From the NCBI GenBank assembly GCA_973895155.1, contig OZ316897.1:13081375-13145374 (forward strand): a DNA stretch of 64,000 bases, written 5' to 3'. The notes beneath the pieces were generated by a model that had not been told where the DNA came from, made no database searches, and saw only the letters and a list, made by a program, of their open reading frames with translations. Below, piece by piece: positions 38,987 to 52,716 of this stretch; position 1 is the stretch's first letter; every line of letters begins with the position of its first letter. The stretch is from Marsupella aquatica (taxonomy: Eukaryota > Plantae > Marchantiophyta). The position numbers and the translations under genes were made by a program.

Positions 38987-39683
38987 GCTAGCACCAGCCA
39001 ACCGTGGTAGGGTGCGGCCAGTTACGGTACGGTACACCCAGCCAACTGTGGTTACATCCAGCCAACGGCATGCATGTATATTAGTAAGTCCACATGCATG
39101 TCTAGCAAGTCCACGAGTGTAGGGCAAGGTGAAACTCTATATATAAATTAAGTCTAGGACAATTATGTATAGAAAAAGTGAAGAAAACCTAACTTATAGC
39201 CCTATGACAATAAGGGAAGAAAACCTGACCAACTGTAGTGGAGATTTCTAAGCTTTTTTTAAGCAGAGCTTGGATAATAAGCTTTGCCCAGATCTCCATT
39301 AGAGTAGGTAATTTTTATCCCCAAAAAATGTTATTTTTGGGCAAGAGATTTGGGAATATCAAATATCTCCAGAAATGATCACACATGGGCAACCTGCATT
39401 CTGCACAAAGATTAGGTATGGGTTAAGACACCACGTACCAGCAATTATTGGTGTGGGTTTTGTATACAATCCAAAACAACGTGATCTAAAACATTTTTTA
39501 GGCTTCAAAATGAAAATTATTTGTAGCCTTGTGTGAAAGGGTTTTTGCCTCTAAAAGCCCAGAAACTGCTCTACATCATTACTTTGGAGTATCATAGTCC
39601 TACGGTAGTGCAGCTAGCACCAGCCAACCATGGTAGGGTCTTCTGGTTATGGGTACATCAAAGCCAACCCTGGTAACATCCAG
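38987..39683. repeat. Diverged ~75-bp direct repeats (38987-39062 and 39613-39683) upstream of CCT
   Basis: GCTAGCACCAGCCAACC(G/A)TGGTAGGGT...GCCAAC..TGGT(T/A)ACATCCAG in both. Confidence 0.7.
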
Positions 39684-42600
39684 TTGCGTCCAGCACCGGT
39701 ACATCCAGCAATCCATGTCATGCATGTGTAATGCAGCAAATACTTACCGGTTTTATGGGAATTAATCATGCTTTGCATCACAGTCCAAACCTGGAATATC
39801 TCAAAAATAAATAAATAAATTTATGGGTGTTTTATGATGCACTACTGTCCATAGATGGGTTTGAAAAAGGAAACAAAACGCTCGTCCTCCGTGTTGCAAG
39901 ATACGGTACGAAGTACGAACTGTGTTTTCCGACGGCGCTGCGATCAACGCGGTTAGAATTCTCTCGTTCTGTACACTATAGTCGTTCTTCGCCACTTTGG
40001 TCGGTGCCAGAGCTACCGCCCGATCTGGCAGCGTCGGGGTGGATCGGCAGCCACCCTAAAATAGCGGGGGGCTGCCAGAATAGCAATGGGCACCCACTTC
40101 CCGGCTCGTAAACCGCGTTCAGATCCTCTCCTTAATAATAATAATAGAAACCTTTTTTACTTGCGTAACGGAATAGCTCCCTGAAAATTTTTCCCGCGCG
40201 CTTCTGTCAACTGAATCTTGACGCAGCGCTCTCCCGACTTGTGGATGGATACGGTGAATATGCACCGTGTTTAGTGTTTACTTTCCCGGCCAAGTCGACC
40301 GGTTCTGCTCAAACGAGGCCCACCATAATAATAATGATAAATATTCGTCGTCGAACCGTCAGGACATAAAGCTCCCAACGTGGTGGAGGTGTGGCGGACG
40401 AGCTACAGTCGTAATGCGTCATTCCACGCAAGTCGGCGAATCACCAAGACTTGTATCGCCTACCTTGTCTAAATGATGCAGGTTCTGGAATAATTGCACA
40501 TCAAAATTAATAGCTACTGTAGATTATTTAGAATTCTCACTAATTTAAATAATATACTTGGGTTTAGCAGGGTATCAATCAAATCACGTATTGTATCATG
40601 TCACATTATAGAGACACATCTAAGAACATCTCACTCTGTTTAGCAGCAGTTGCACACTATGGCTTAGTTTTGCCCATTTGTTTGGAGGCTTGGAAAGTAG
40701 CTGTGCTCACATCCTTCTGAAATTCACCAACGGCCACACTAAGATGACCACAAGAATTTATGTTCCAGTTGTTGTCACTAAACATTCAAACCTGGGACTT
40801 CTAGTACATTCTCTTGTTAACTTTTTATGTCCGGCTAATGGCCAACTCGCATGTTATCATGCCGGCCTTTGTGCTCCCTATACTTTTGGGAAAATGTAGC
40901 ATTTCTATGGGCAGAAAATCTGACACAAATCTTGGTCTGTACTTCCATTACGATAGAGTTGGTAACAAGTGTATAATGTTTTTGTTTTTCTCACAAGGCA
41001 AAGGTCAGAAAGTGTAAGGGCCGGAAACTTTCTGATCCTTGCCCTTGGGAGCCCATTAAATATGCCATCTGGCCTGGCCCATGAGGGGGTACTGCCAGAA
41101 ATGTCTCGTTTGCTCACATATTCACAACACTCAAGTAAAAGGCCATTTTTCTAAAGACATTTCACATCCGAGTTGGTCCTAATGACTCGCCAATACGTAG
41201 ACATGTCCTGGCTGATTGTCCGTCAATCACCATCAGGATCACCATGGGAAAAATGATAGTGGATGAGTAGGGCAATCCCCAAGCCACCTAAATCTAGCTG
41301 CCGATTACACCCATTTGCAGGCCCTCCACATATTTGCAGATACATGGCGAACATGGGGACAGTTACTTTTAAACCTGGCTGCACTTGCCTGGAAATGGAG
41401 GTTACTGCTCAAAAAGGGAACAGTGGAGATGCTCTAACTAAGTGAATATGGTTCGTGTCAAACGAGAGGCCTGCATGGACAGAAGAATAGACGACAATGA
41501 TATTAAACCTACTCACCAGGGTGTGAATCTATACATGTAAGGGCCACTTTTGGATCCATGTTTGGTAAAGCATCACAAAAAAGACAAAAATAAATTAAAA
41601 TTGGGCCAGTTCACGCCTACCCTCTGCATATGAAGCGCCGTCATCATGCCCTACCTATCCTTTCTAGAGACTCTTCATAAATATAAAAAGAGTTGAATCT
41701 GAATCTAGAGATGCTCTGAAGCTCTTCTACTGATGGGCGTGTCGTTTATAGGTCTTCAAGGCAAATCACAATTGAATCTGAAAATGAGTTGAATATTCTT
41801 TATTGTTTTCCCCCTTGAAAGGGGAACCATAAAAGAGCAAGCTGCACAACTGGCTTGCAGGTCTACTGGACAATTTGTCTGTATCATATTAGCCCCAATA
41901 CCTGTGAGCTGTGCACAAGAAGGGCTCCCTTACCTCCATTCAGACTAAAATGCCCATCCCCATTCACAAGCATAGTCTAAAGATTCAATTTTTATATTAT
42001 CAAAGAAATTATGGCCTATCAATGGCTTCACTTTATGGAATAGGGTAATGAAAGGTAGACTTTGGTTGCAAGTTAAGGTATAGAGCATTTTTTTTCCTGT
42101 GTCTTGTTCAATTGGGGATCAAGAATGGAGCAAAATGCAGGAAGTAAGATACTCCAAATAGGCACAATGGTCCCCCCAACATGGATCCGGTTTGTGGTTT
42201 TTTTTTGGTCCCCACTTGAGTCTTTGGACCTTGACTTTACCTATTCGCTTCTATTGATCTTCATTGTGTACATTTTAGTTAGCACAGCAAATGTCAAACT
42301 AAAAGAGTCTTGGGTTTATAGTCCAAAATGTGTAATCCAGGTGAAAATTCAGTTGCTTTTTATGGGGAAATATCTCCCAGAACAAGCTGTGCAACTGGTT
42401 GCAGAAAGAAAATCCTCTGGAATCTGCTTTCTTTGGAGATAGGGTCAATGGGAATCAGACATGGATTGCTTAACCTTCAGAAATAACAGGGCGTCTCAAA
42501 TTTAGAAATTACAAATGATGACTTTTGGCCATAAATGAATGGTCATTACCTTTTCACAAGGGTCTGGAAAAGTTTCTATTGTTTTTTCTTTCACTGGCCT

Positions 42601-43659
42601 CTAGAATGACTAATGGTAATGGCATAAGACTACTTATGGCAAAAAGTTATGTACTACAAATTTTGTAGTCCATAACTTTCTGTGTTTGTAACTCATAAGT
42701 AGTGAATTAAAGTCCATCAAATTGTCAGGTTTGAGATGCTCTAATGGACAAATAATAGAAATATTGTACAAGGTAAAGCCCTTTCTTGAGGGCATTGTCC
42801 CAAATGAGAGCATCAGGGGTTTAGGCCAACTGCTTACCATTTCTTTGGAGAATGCCCTGGACAAAGGGCTTCAACTAAATTTAAGTTATCTGAAGTTTTT
42901 GTTGTAGATGCCTTGGATCTTATGTGTTGAGCTAGTTTTAGTGGGTCACATAACACTATGCCGTGAACAGCCTACTGAGGGCAACCTTACTGTTGGTGAA
43001 TGCCCAATGTTATAAATTGGCTACTTGAACGGTGCTTCAATAAGAAGGCCCTAAAAATCCAAAAAGCTATAAGAGTCAAACGAGCACACTGACATACTTA
43101 GGGGAGAGAATCGTTGCCAAACAGACATGTGCATGCAAGAAACACAGACAAGTGGAAAGACTTGCATGAACACGTGTTTATGTGGACCAGAAATCAAAGG
43201 TTAATTTAGTGTCTATTTTGGGATACCACATGCAATCTCAATTTAAATAAGGTGTTTAAATTAGACTTGATTGTGTTTATTTTCATGTTTGCCGTATGCT
43301 TTTTAGGCCATTGCCATCCAGTTCCTTGAAGAAGCATGGACCAAGTTTTGATCTGCCAGATTTGTTTTGTATACCTTTGATGAAGCACAAAATACTCATT
43401 CCAACCTTTGTGAAATACCCTACTGATGAAAAGAGAGGCAAGATAATCTTTTCAAACCAGAGAGGGCAAGAACATCAAAGAATGCTGCATCATCTGTTTG
43501 GAGATTATTATTACTTGACCTCAATTAGTTCAGTCAAGATATGGCAAAAAGCCACAAAAAGTAGAAACAGAGAAACTTCATGAGAGAACGTACAAACAAG
43601 TTGACTCAAAGAAAGAGCAAAGGTTGGACCTCATCATCTGGTAAATATGTAAGGTACAT

Positions 43660-44180
43660 ATTACCCAATGAAAGGTGTAGACTAACTGAGTTTTCATGAT
43701 AAACTGAATATTGAGAATGTCAATAAAAGCCTGGATAAAAGTGAGGAAGGGCTGAACGTTGTGGAATGGTGAGTTCTTTATAGTACCCCATGAAGGGTTA
43801 GGATTATCTGAGGTCACATGATAGAAGGTGTATGTTATACAAGGCGACAAAAGTGGGGAAAGGCTGCTTGGGAAGTCTGTTGATCTGTGAATGTTCCAGT
43901 ATTCAATGAATGGTTTGGATTAACTGATTTCTCATGATAGACGTTGTATATAAGCAAGGCGATAAAAGTGGTGAAGGGCTGTTTGTGGACTCTGTTGAAC
44001 TGTGAATTCTTCAGTACCCAATGAACGGTTTGGAGTATTTAACTGAGGTCTCATGATAGGCGGTGTAAGTTAAGCCAGGCAATTACAGTGGGGAGGGCTG
44101 CTTGAAAACTCTGTTGCGAGGTTTAGTTGTGAAGAGCCAAGGGTGACCTTTGGGGAAGTGCTGTTCATGAACTCTATTGA
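43660..44180. repeat. Degenerate ~115-bp tandem array (~4 units)
   Basis: Recurring GGCGA(C/T)AAAAGTGG.GAAGGGCTG...CTCTGTTGA.CTGTGAAT...CCAATGAA.GGTTTGGA..AACTGAGGTCTCATGATAG. Confidence 0.7.
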
Positions 44181-45679
44181 ATGATCAGTTAGCTGTTAAC
44201 AAGTGATTGATTTGCTATTTCGAAGATATGTCATAAAAAAAAGTGTCAGCCTGGGCCAAAGGAGCAAACTTGAGCTTGTTCAACAACAAGAAAGAAATGA
44301 AAAAGCTGGACCTCATAGCTTACATCAAAGTAGTTTCCATTCAGCTCTACAAACGGTAGGCACATAAAGCAAAAATAGCAATGGGGAGGGTAGGACTTGG
44401 TCCTCCTCGAACACAACAACCACAGAACCAATCTTGATATTTGCACTATCTATCCATTTGCCAGCTACAGGCGAGAAATGGTCCCTCAAAACGAAGAGGA
44501 GTAATAACAGGAGAATATGGTGGGTCTACTTTCGTTGATTAGAAACACGGACGGTGCAACTCTTTAGTTTATAATAATGGCCCATCATGATTATGTTGTG
44601 AATCATCTATATATAAGTTGATTGGATCACTGAAACATAATTCCTTCCCCATATGATGCACATGAGGGTAGCTTTACTAGAGGTGGGGACCCTTGTGAAT
44701 TTTTTTCACCAGAGAAGACTGAGGGCCACTTCTTGTTTTGAACATAGACTCCATAACAACAAAGTTTTAAAATAAAGTTCAAAAAATGCAAATCACTTGA
44801 CTTTAGACAACCTTTGGACAACCTTTGGAGGTGATTTAGAACTCTAGACAAAATAAGCACTCCACATTATCGATTCCTTGGGCCCATATTTTATTTTTAG
44901 TTTTTTTGAAACTAAATGAAGAAAAACACTTAGGAGACTCTCCCCACCCCAAGTGACATACATTCATAGTCTACTTTTCCATGTAGGATAAGTGGACAAA
45001 ATACCTGAATGGGCCAGTGAGTCCTTGCAAAGTCAACTACGGCTGGTCCCACTCCTTACAGGTCCAGATTCAATCTTAAAGGGCATCGAAAAGAAGCAAT
45101 GGGCCCCCTTTGTAAAGCCACCCCTTATGAATCTCTTTGCCTTGGAAATAATTTTTTAATGCCATGAAGAACACAACATACAAAGAGGGGAGATTCATTT
45201 GAATATAGCTGTCAGTCCAAATGGGGAGCCACATACGTCCAATGTGCCCCACCAAAGCTATCCACAGGATCAGAAGCACAACGTGACAATTGTAGAGGCT
45301 ACCACCCATAGCTGGGGATTGCGACGGTGGTTGACCAAATTAGAGTCCTGTTGCACACTTGGTTGTAGTATGACATGTCTAGTCAGGCTTTCCAAGAAGT
45401 TGGGGCCACTTGTGATGTTTTCCACCAAAGCAAAATTGCAGGCCACTTCTTAGTTAAATGTACGTCAATAAATACCAATCCCTTGAATTTGAATGAAGGA
45501 GCCAAAGTTTGCGAGCATTTGGAGTACCTCTGGAGTTGATCTAAAAATCTAGACAAAACAAGCAGTCCATTCCTTACCATTAGAATAGGTAGACACAATT
45601 TGCCAAAATGGCCCCCAGTTCTTGTGATGTCAGCTAACGTTGTTTTACACTCATTATACACTCCAGATTTGATCTCAGA

Positions 45680-45850
45680 GTATATATAGCAGTGCCCAAG
45701 AACAAAAATGCCCAAACAGGAGACAAGATTTCAAAGGCAAATAACTCAATAAATGATGGAAAGCGGAAAAGGGAAAAACCACAAGAGGGCCAAAGAAGCC
45801 CCACAAGCTCGAGAGTCCCAATCTCACAGTGGATAAGAAGAGACATTCAA
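45680..45850 (-). mobile_element. Dispersed repeat copy 1, probable 3' end of a LINE-like element
   Basis: TATA(T/G)CAC?AGTGCCCAAGA.CAAAAA...GGAGACAAGAT...GGAAAAGGGAAA shared with 55683 and 60490. Confidence 0.5.
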
Positions 45851-46720
45851 TGGGCCTCCACATTTTGTAAAGCCACCCTAACTATCTAGTGGAAGTTTGT
45901 AGTTGGCCCATGCAAAGCTGGTCTCTAGGGAAATTCTCTTCAAGATACAGACTGAGAGATATTTTGGCTTGAGTAATGGTGTGCTGGATCTAAGGGCCCC
46001 CCAAGAGGGCACAAATATAAAGCTTGACAAACCAAGCAAATCACAATGCAACAGCGGGTTGCCTGAGTAGCCCGCAAAGACCCACAGGTGTAGGATAAAT
46101 GATGAGTTTGGAGAGAGTCAAAATGTCATGGACCTGCTGAATGGAACTCAAGGTAGTGGCCAATCTTGAGGAGATACCCCATGCACTAGTTAAATTGCTT
46201 CCTTACGATTGGGTTTTCCCCCTTGGAGCATTGAAGACCCTTGGCGCCAAAGCCATAGGTGTTGTTTCTTGCTGGTGCTGCATGGTGAACAGTTGTTTCA
46301 ACATTGAGTTTATAGTCAACCGTGTTTGGCATGCAGTTGGATACCAAACCATAGTAGACAATACTGGGTTCTGCAAATGAATTCTTGTGGTATATGGAGT
46401 GAGAGTAATTTATGTTATAAGAATTTCTGATATGAAACGGACCACGGGACCATCAGGAAGAAAGTCTTGCCAGGAGGTCCAGTACTTTATTTTTCTCCTA
46501 GGAAAGGAAACAACAAAGAAACATTAATTTGTACACTTGGCCCTCTAAAATTCATTTTCTATATTAACCATTTGGATCCCACTCCAAGATGCTGCATGCC
46601 CTGGCCATTTCCATTAGGGTGTCTCAAAGCTTCAAATTGATGGACCTTAACTCAATAGTTAGGGGGTTACGGACAGAAAAAGTCATGGACTACCAAATTC
46701 ATGAGGATTGTAGTCCGGGA

Positions 46721-46970
46721 AGTATATATAATAGCAATCACACTTAAAGCATAAATGAAAGGAGTGAAATAAAGTGTGGCTTCAGGAAACAGGTCATAAG
46801 TTTTTGCCAGAAGGATTTTTCATATGCCTTTATACACCATAAGTCAGTATATATAATAGCAATCACACTTAAAGCATAAATGAAAGGAGTGAAATAAAGT
46901 GTGGCTTCAGGAAACAGGTCATAAGTTTTTGCCAGAAGGATTTTTCATATGCCTTTATACACCATAAGTC
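46721..46970. repeat. 125-bp perfect tandem duplication
   Basis: AGTATATATAATAGCAATCACAC...TACACCATAAGTC at 46721 and 46846. Confidence 0.95.
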
Positions 46971-49103
46971 ACCGCAGAGGCCAATGAAAAGAACCAAACA
47001 ACTTTAAGATAACCCTGTGATTAAGTTATGGCCAAAAGCCATTGTCTGTCACTTTGAAGCATTGAGTCTGGCTTGAGACTCCCTATCAAACTTCTGACAT
47101 GAAACAGTACCATGGGTGATAAGGAGAGCCCGGGTCTCAACATTTTCTCTTTGTATTAAATCTCCCTTGTACAAATCATGGGCACTGAGTTGCCACATAA
47201 AAGGTGCTACCATAGGGCTGGCTAAATGCTGGAAACCTTCTTACCCTCATCCCCTTTTCCCATTTTTTCAAATGCTGTGGGCAAAGGCAGCAGGCAGCAA
47301 AAGACAGCATCAAGGTGGGACCCAGTAAAAAACAGCACAAGTTCCAAAGGACACTTGTCTATAATCCGTTGGCCGACGACAATGGCCTGCATTGAGTGGC
47401 AGGTCCAAACAGACAACCAGAAATGAGTTTCTAAAGAGCACTCCTCTAAAATCCCATTACCCCTCACAATCTTTACTTTAACTTACTCCTGATGTTTACT
47501 GTTTATGACCATAGGTCACATTTTCACCTAGAGATGGGTGTTTTGACTATTCTTGCACTTTAATTTACTCTTGATGTTTACTGTTCATGATCCATTCCAT
47601 AGAGTGAAACCTTAGGTCATACTTTCTCTAACAGAAAGTTTGGTTATTTTGCTTGCAATTAAGATGCATGTGAGTTTGGGTATGGGGAGTCCTTCTTCTA
47701 AGTATGCACCAGTATTGGGGAGTCCTTCCTCTGAGCATGCACCAGTATTCGAGCTAGTTTCTCTATACTAACATGAATCTTGGAATTTGTAGAGACAGAG
47801 GGGATGCGTTACATCACAATACGAGGGAAAAAGTTCCATACCACCTATCAAATCGTTGTGGCCACATCTAATATTAGGAGAGCTAAAGCCTACCTTAGCA
47901 CACAATTAATGTGTTGATAGCTGGGCAGCAGGGGTACCACTCAAATCCTAAATCAGAAGCAATCATGGCAACATGACACATATGATGACATACTGTGCAC
48001 ATCGTCTTGTAAGGTGGCAAAGCACTGCATCGACGTGTAGAGAGTTGAGGAGACAAGTTTGTTCACAATTGCCATGATTCTTGACAAGTGTCCAGAGTTT
48101 CGCATGTTGACTTATCTTCTATTAGTTAGAATCTAGGATAAACCAAGAAAGTGGGAACAAGAGAATAAGTTCAGGCCCTTGGAGCTGCAAAGTGATGAAT
48201 CATGAATCTGCAAAATGAATCTTCAGAAAGTTGCTGTATTATCGTAAAGCAATCCTTCTCCGATTGGAAAGACCACAAGCAATCTGTTGCGCTGTCGACA
48301 CGTGCTCTCAATGTAACCAGGGTTGTGAACGTTGAGCATCATGGCTTGGAACTATCCAAAATAACCCAAGGCAGAGAGTGGGGCTACTACTTTTTCCATC
48401 CCCCATTCCCCCTACCCATACGCTATGGGGAAAAGGGGTTATTGCTGTCAATTTACAAATGCTTCTCAACTATGCCAGGACCCTGGCATAGTTGAGAAGG
48501 AAGTTTATCTTACCGCAATTGGTCCGTAACAAGAGAACCCTAGGCACTTAAAGGATACATCTACAGTAGCCAGTAAAGAGCAATGCCAAGGTAGTATTCA
48601 GAGCCTAGAGCCTAGAGTAGCCTCTAGCCAGTGACTTTGAGGGGACAACCCTGAGTTGAGGATAGGGGTGTGAACTGTGAAGTGAACGGGCAAAAGCTCT
48701 TTTAGTTATGTTCATGTTCAATGGACAGGTGGTCAAGCTATGCAGAGCTGAAGAAGGAGAAATACTAGGCAAAAAAGTGGGTGCTGCTAGCATATACCAT
48801 TCCATTGATGTGAAGTGCAACAACTGTTTTCTCCTTATTTTTCTGAGTCAGGCAAGGTAGGGGATCTCTCCCAACTGTGAGAGCCAGTTCTGATCATCTG
48901 GAAGAGCCATCCAGTCTTCTGATCTGGTAACTTGCCCTGGTAACTTGCCCTTGGCCATAGTAAAGCTTCTGGGGAAATTTTGCAATCAATAAATTGTCAT
49001 TCTTCCTTTGCCAACAAGGATGTGAGGTGGCTTGCAAATTACTTGCAGATGAAATAATTCTATTTAGTTACACTACTGAAGACTCAATGACCTAAGACTC
49101 ATC

Positions 49104-49782
49104 TGGACTGGAGCCATAAAGCCTGAGAGCAGGAGGCCTAAAGACCAAGAGCCTCTACCCTTCATTATAGCATGCTCATCCTAGAACATGCTTAATATTT
49201 TGTCTTGTAGTGATATGTAAGTGGATCAAATAAGAGAGTAGAACTAGAATAGGACATGCAAAGAAAAGTACATAGTGACCAATGAAAAGTACAGTCAGGA
49301 GCTTTGACACAAGGCACTACCATGTGTGCACTTAATTCAATGCGCCTTATTAATGACACTCAATTCAATAAAAACCATAAACTTAGGGAAGAAAGTCACG
49401 AAGGGAACTTAGACACGATGTGTTCAAGTTTATTTAGAATCATTTTTCTTTTTCATGAGAAACTTAAAAACTTTGTTCAAGTAATAGAAATTAAAGTCAT
49501 TGGGATTTAAAATTAAGAGGGCTGCCAAAATGAGTTCCAAATTCTCTAAGATACCAAAAATTAAAGGGGGTCAAAAATTAATTAAAATCTATATAATACA
49601 AAGGATGCAATTTGATAAGGCACATTGAAATAAAAATACATGACACAAAAATTATGAGTAAGACAAAATCTGAAAAGTGCATTCACCAATAGCAGCTTCA
49701 AAATTTACTTCAAAAAAATTATGGACTGGAGCAATAAAGCCTGAGAGCAGGAGGCCTGAAGACCAAGAGCCTCTACCCTTCA
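49104..49782. repeat. 61-bp direct repeats (49104-49164, 49722-49782) flanking an AT-rich 557-bp segment
   Basis: TGGACTGGAGC(C/A)ATAAAGCCTGAGAGCAGGAGGCCT(A/G)AAGACCAAGAGCCTCTACCCTTCA x2. Confidence 0.85.
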
Positions 49783-50993
49783 CATAAATTATGAATGTCT
49801 GAGTCCTCTGTTATACGATAGATGCCCACATTTTAAAGACATCCAGGATCAAAACTGGCAAATAAGACCCTCATTCTATGCAAAAGACTGCACAAACATA
49901 TATTATGTGTTGAGCAATGGCAATATTCCCGACAACATGCACATGTACAACCCAATGAAGAAGTAGTTGTCAACAAGAGATACATAGTTCACGTTTGATT
50001 AGGCTATGTCTAGAGGAACACACAAGAGCTTTATTGTACTCTAGGTCGGTCGACTATACCAAGTTTCCACAGCACGAGCTCTCACTATCTCTCAAGTGGC
50101 TCAATAACAATAAGCCTGAGTTGCTCACACAAGCGGACACTTGCTTGCTTATATAGTATACAACACAATTAACCTAACCAAGTCTGAGACTACACTTAAC
50201 CTAACTATGGTTACAAGTGTACGTTACTCTAGATCTAAGAGTATTCCCCACATTATGGTGCACTAAAGAGGTTGAGAATGTAAGAGTACAGCAGATCTAG
50301 ACCACAAGACCTTGCATGCCTATGGGTCCGGAGGAGGCATGGCTGCCAAAGGCCGGAAATAACTTAGAAATAGCTCAATAGCCCTAAAACCAACAGCCTT
50401 GTAATGCAACACACACTCTCTCTGAAGAAGGCAATGAGGACAGAAAGTGCGATGGGATGTCTCTCTACCAAAAAGAGAGCACATAAAGTGACATAACAAG
50501 GCTAAAAATGTAAGACTAAACCTGATCTTGACCTTAAGACCTCACTCAAAGCCAGCGTCAGAGTCCCTAAAACCCTCTCCTTAGAGTAATGAATGCCTTA
50601 TAATGCAACAGACACCCAATTGAGTATTTCTCTAAAGAACTCAAGTGTCTCAAAACATCATGGGGTCCATCCACCAACACTTTTTAAATCATAAGTCCAT
50701 CAAGTATATCTCTCCAGAAAGTGGGATAAACCGTCCCTTTACACAAAGACCCCACCTACAGCCCTGTAAAGAGGCTGAAAATATGTAAAACTAAAGTCGA
50801 CCTGACCTCTTGACCTCTTGACCTCGCGCAGAGCCAGGTAAGGAGATCTGTGCGTGTCCAACCCCAAGCCTACATGAAAAGCTGAGTTATCCGAACCAGA
50901 GGTCGGTCCTTGCTAAGGGCCGGCCCCCTTTACATTAAGCCCCCCCAACTATTCGATTCAAATGAGTTCCATCGAAAAAATAAACTCGACGAC

Positions 50994-52716
50994 ATGTCGT
51001 GCGTTTTGATCTCCTCGCAAGGCCAATGTGCTGCTGTGGCGGTGCCGAATCTGCACCCAATGCTCTCCACCACTTCCTCTGAGCATCGCACTTATTCTGA
51101 GGAACGTGTTTGTCTGAAGCAACCTTTCAGGAGCGCCTATGGATTGTCACAGAGTTCGACTCCAGAATCTCAATGCAATCCCTTGCAATTTGAGAAATTG
51201 GATGTTAAATCCAATTCTTGTTCCTACTCTTCGTCCTCTGACCGCTCACTGGTTTTCTGGAGAGGATCGAGAGAAAACCATCGTACAGGGGTGTCTCGAG
51301 CTGTGGATGGGTCAAGCTGTGGAGATTCTGTAGAATTTCGCGGTGGGTCTGCTGTGCAACAGATGCAGCGGAGAGAATTGGTGCGAGTGATCTCGTCCTG
51401 GATTGTGCTTCCTGGGCTGATCAATGCAGGATCAGCATTGGGTGCAGCTGCTGCCGAGGAGGATGAGCAGGGTCCGGAATCTTCTACAACAGCAGCACCA
51501 CCGGCCAAGACTCTTGTTGAAAGTACCACACACACCTTCACTAATTCTTTCTCTGAATTGAGCTTGCCTGCCCATCACTTCTTTAGTCCAGTTTTGGATC
51601 ATTGAGGGAGTTATAACAAACATGGTTCCCTGGGGGACCTTGGAGGTAGCATCGTTTCCAGTTACAGATCATGCTATTTCGTCAGGGATGCATAAATGTG
51701 GTCCCTTAGTTACAGGATTCAGATTATCCAAGAGGAGAGTGGAATCAGACGTTACTATTTAGTGAATGTGTGTCTTGAAAGATTTTAATTTTTAAGCTCT
51801 TTGATGAATGGCTTGAACAGCATGCATTCGAGAAAGTGGGAAAGGTTGCCATCCCGGTAGGCTTAGTAAGGAGCAATGTATTGGTGGGGTGTGTGGCAGG
51901 ACTGGTAGAACGATCCAAGGCGAACAAGGCTAAATACGATCAAGAGGTCGATTTCGCTGCCTCACCATTTTCAAATGAATGTGTCTCATTGCAAGAAATC
52001 AGATTTTGGTCACTTTCACTCTCGAGGATGTGTATCACTTTACAATAGCTCTTTAGTACCATAATGGAAGTAGGGCACTCTGCTTGTCTTTGGTATAATG
52101 CTCGTTGTTAGAGAGCTCTGCAATTGCTCGTTGTCGAAGGCGCTAAGGTGTTACTCCGCCACTGAACTGTCAACTTATATTTGAAAATTCCAGAGATTGG
52201 ATGCTTACTACCGCCGCAACTTCAAGGACTACTTTGGCTTCCTAAAGGTGAGAATATCTGTAGCAAATGTTGAGGCTCTTACACTTCGTTCATCTATGGA
52301 AGTTGGGAGCCAGTTACATACCTAGTGTAGGTTGGTAATTTTAATTCAAGGATGGATTGGAGGACTGTGATCACCTTTAATCACAATCAAGAACTATTTG
52401 GATAGCACATTGATAGAATTGTAGTACAACCTTCCTCGTTTCTTTACGACATTGGTATTGAGAACTGCTGCAAATGTCCAAATATGCTCTCGTCTATGCC
52501 AGTAATGGGTCAACTGTCTAAACGACCTCTCAGAGTTAAAAGATGTTGGAAAATAGGTTTCAGTTAGTGGTACAGCAAAAATGCAGCTGCTCAGAACTTT
52601 CTGATCGCAACCGATGTCTCCCTCTGGCTCTGCAGGGAAGCATTGAAAACAAAGACAAGGACAAGCTCACAGAGGCGGAGAAGGGAATCCTTAACTGGCT
52701 GGAGAAAAATCAGTGA
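50994..52716 (+). CDS. Chloroplast PsaN-like (photosystem I subunit N family) protein, 236 aa; join(50994-51522, 51900-51946, 52194-52247, 52636-52716)
   Basis: Transit peptide plus twin-arginine-like QRRELV..hydrophobic..AAAE signal; mature LVERSKANKAKYDQERLDAYYRRNFKDYFGFLKGSIENKDKDKLTEAEKGILNWLEKNQ; in-phase GT-AG junctions. Confidence 0.85.

Noticed and set aside
49900-50400. Solo-LTR-like segment (TATA and AATAAA on minus strand, CAACA end)
   Set aside because: No matching TSD or second copy found in the window
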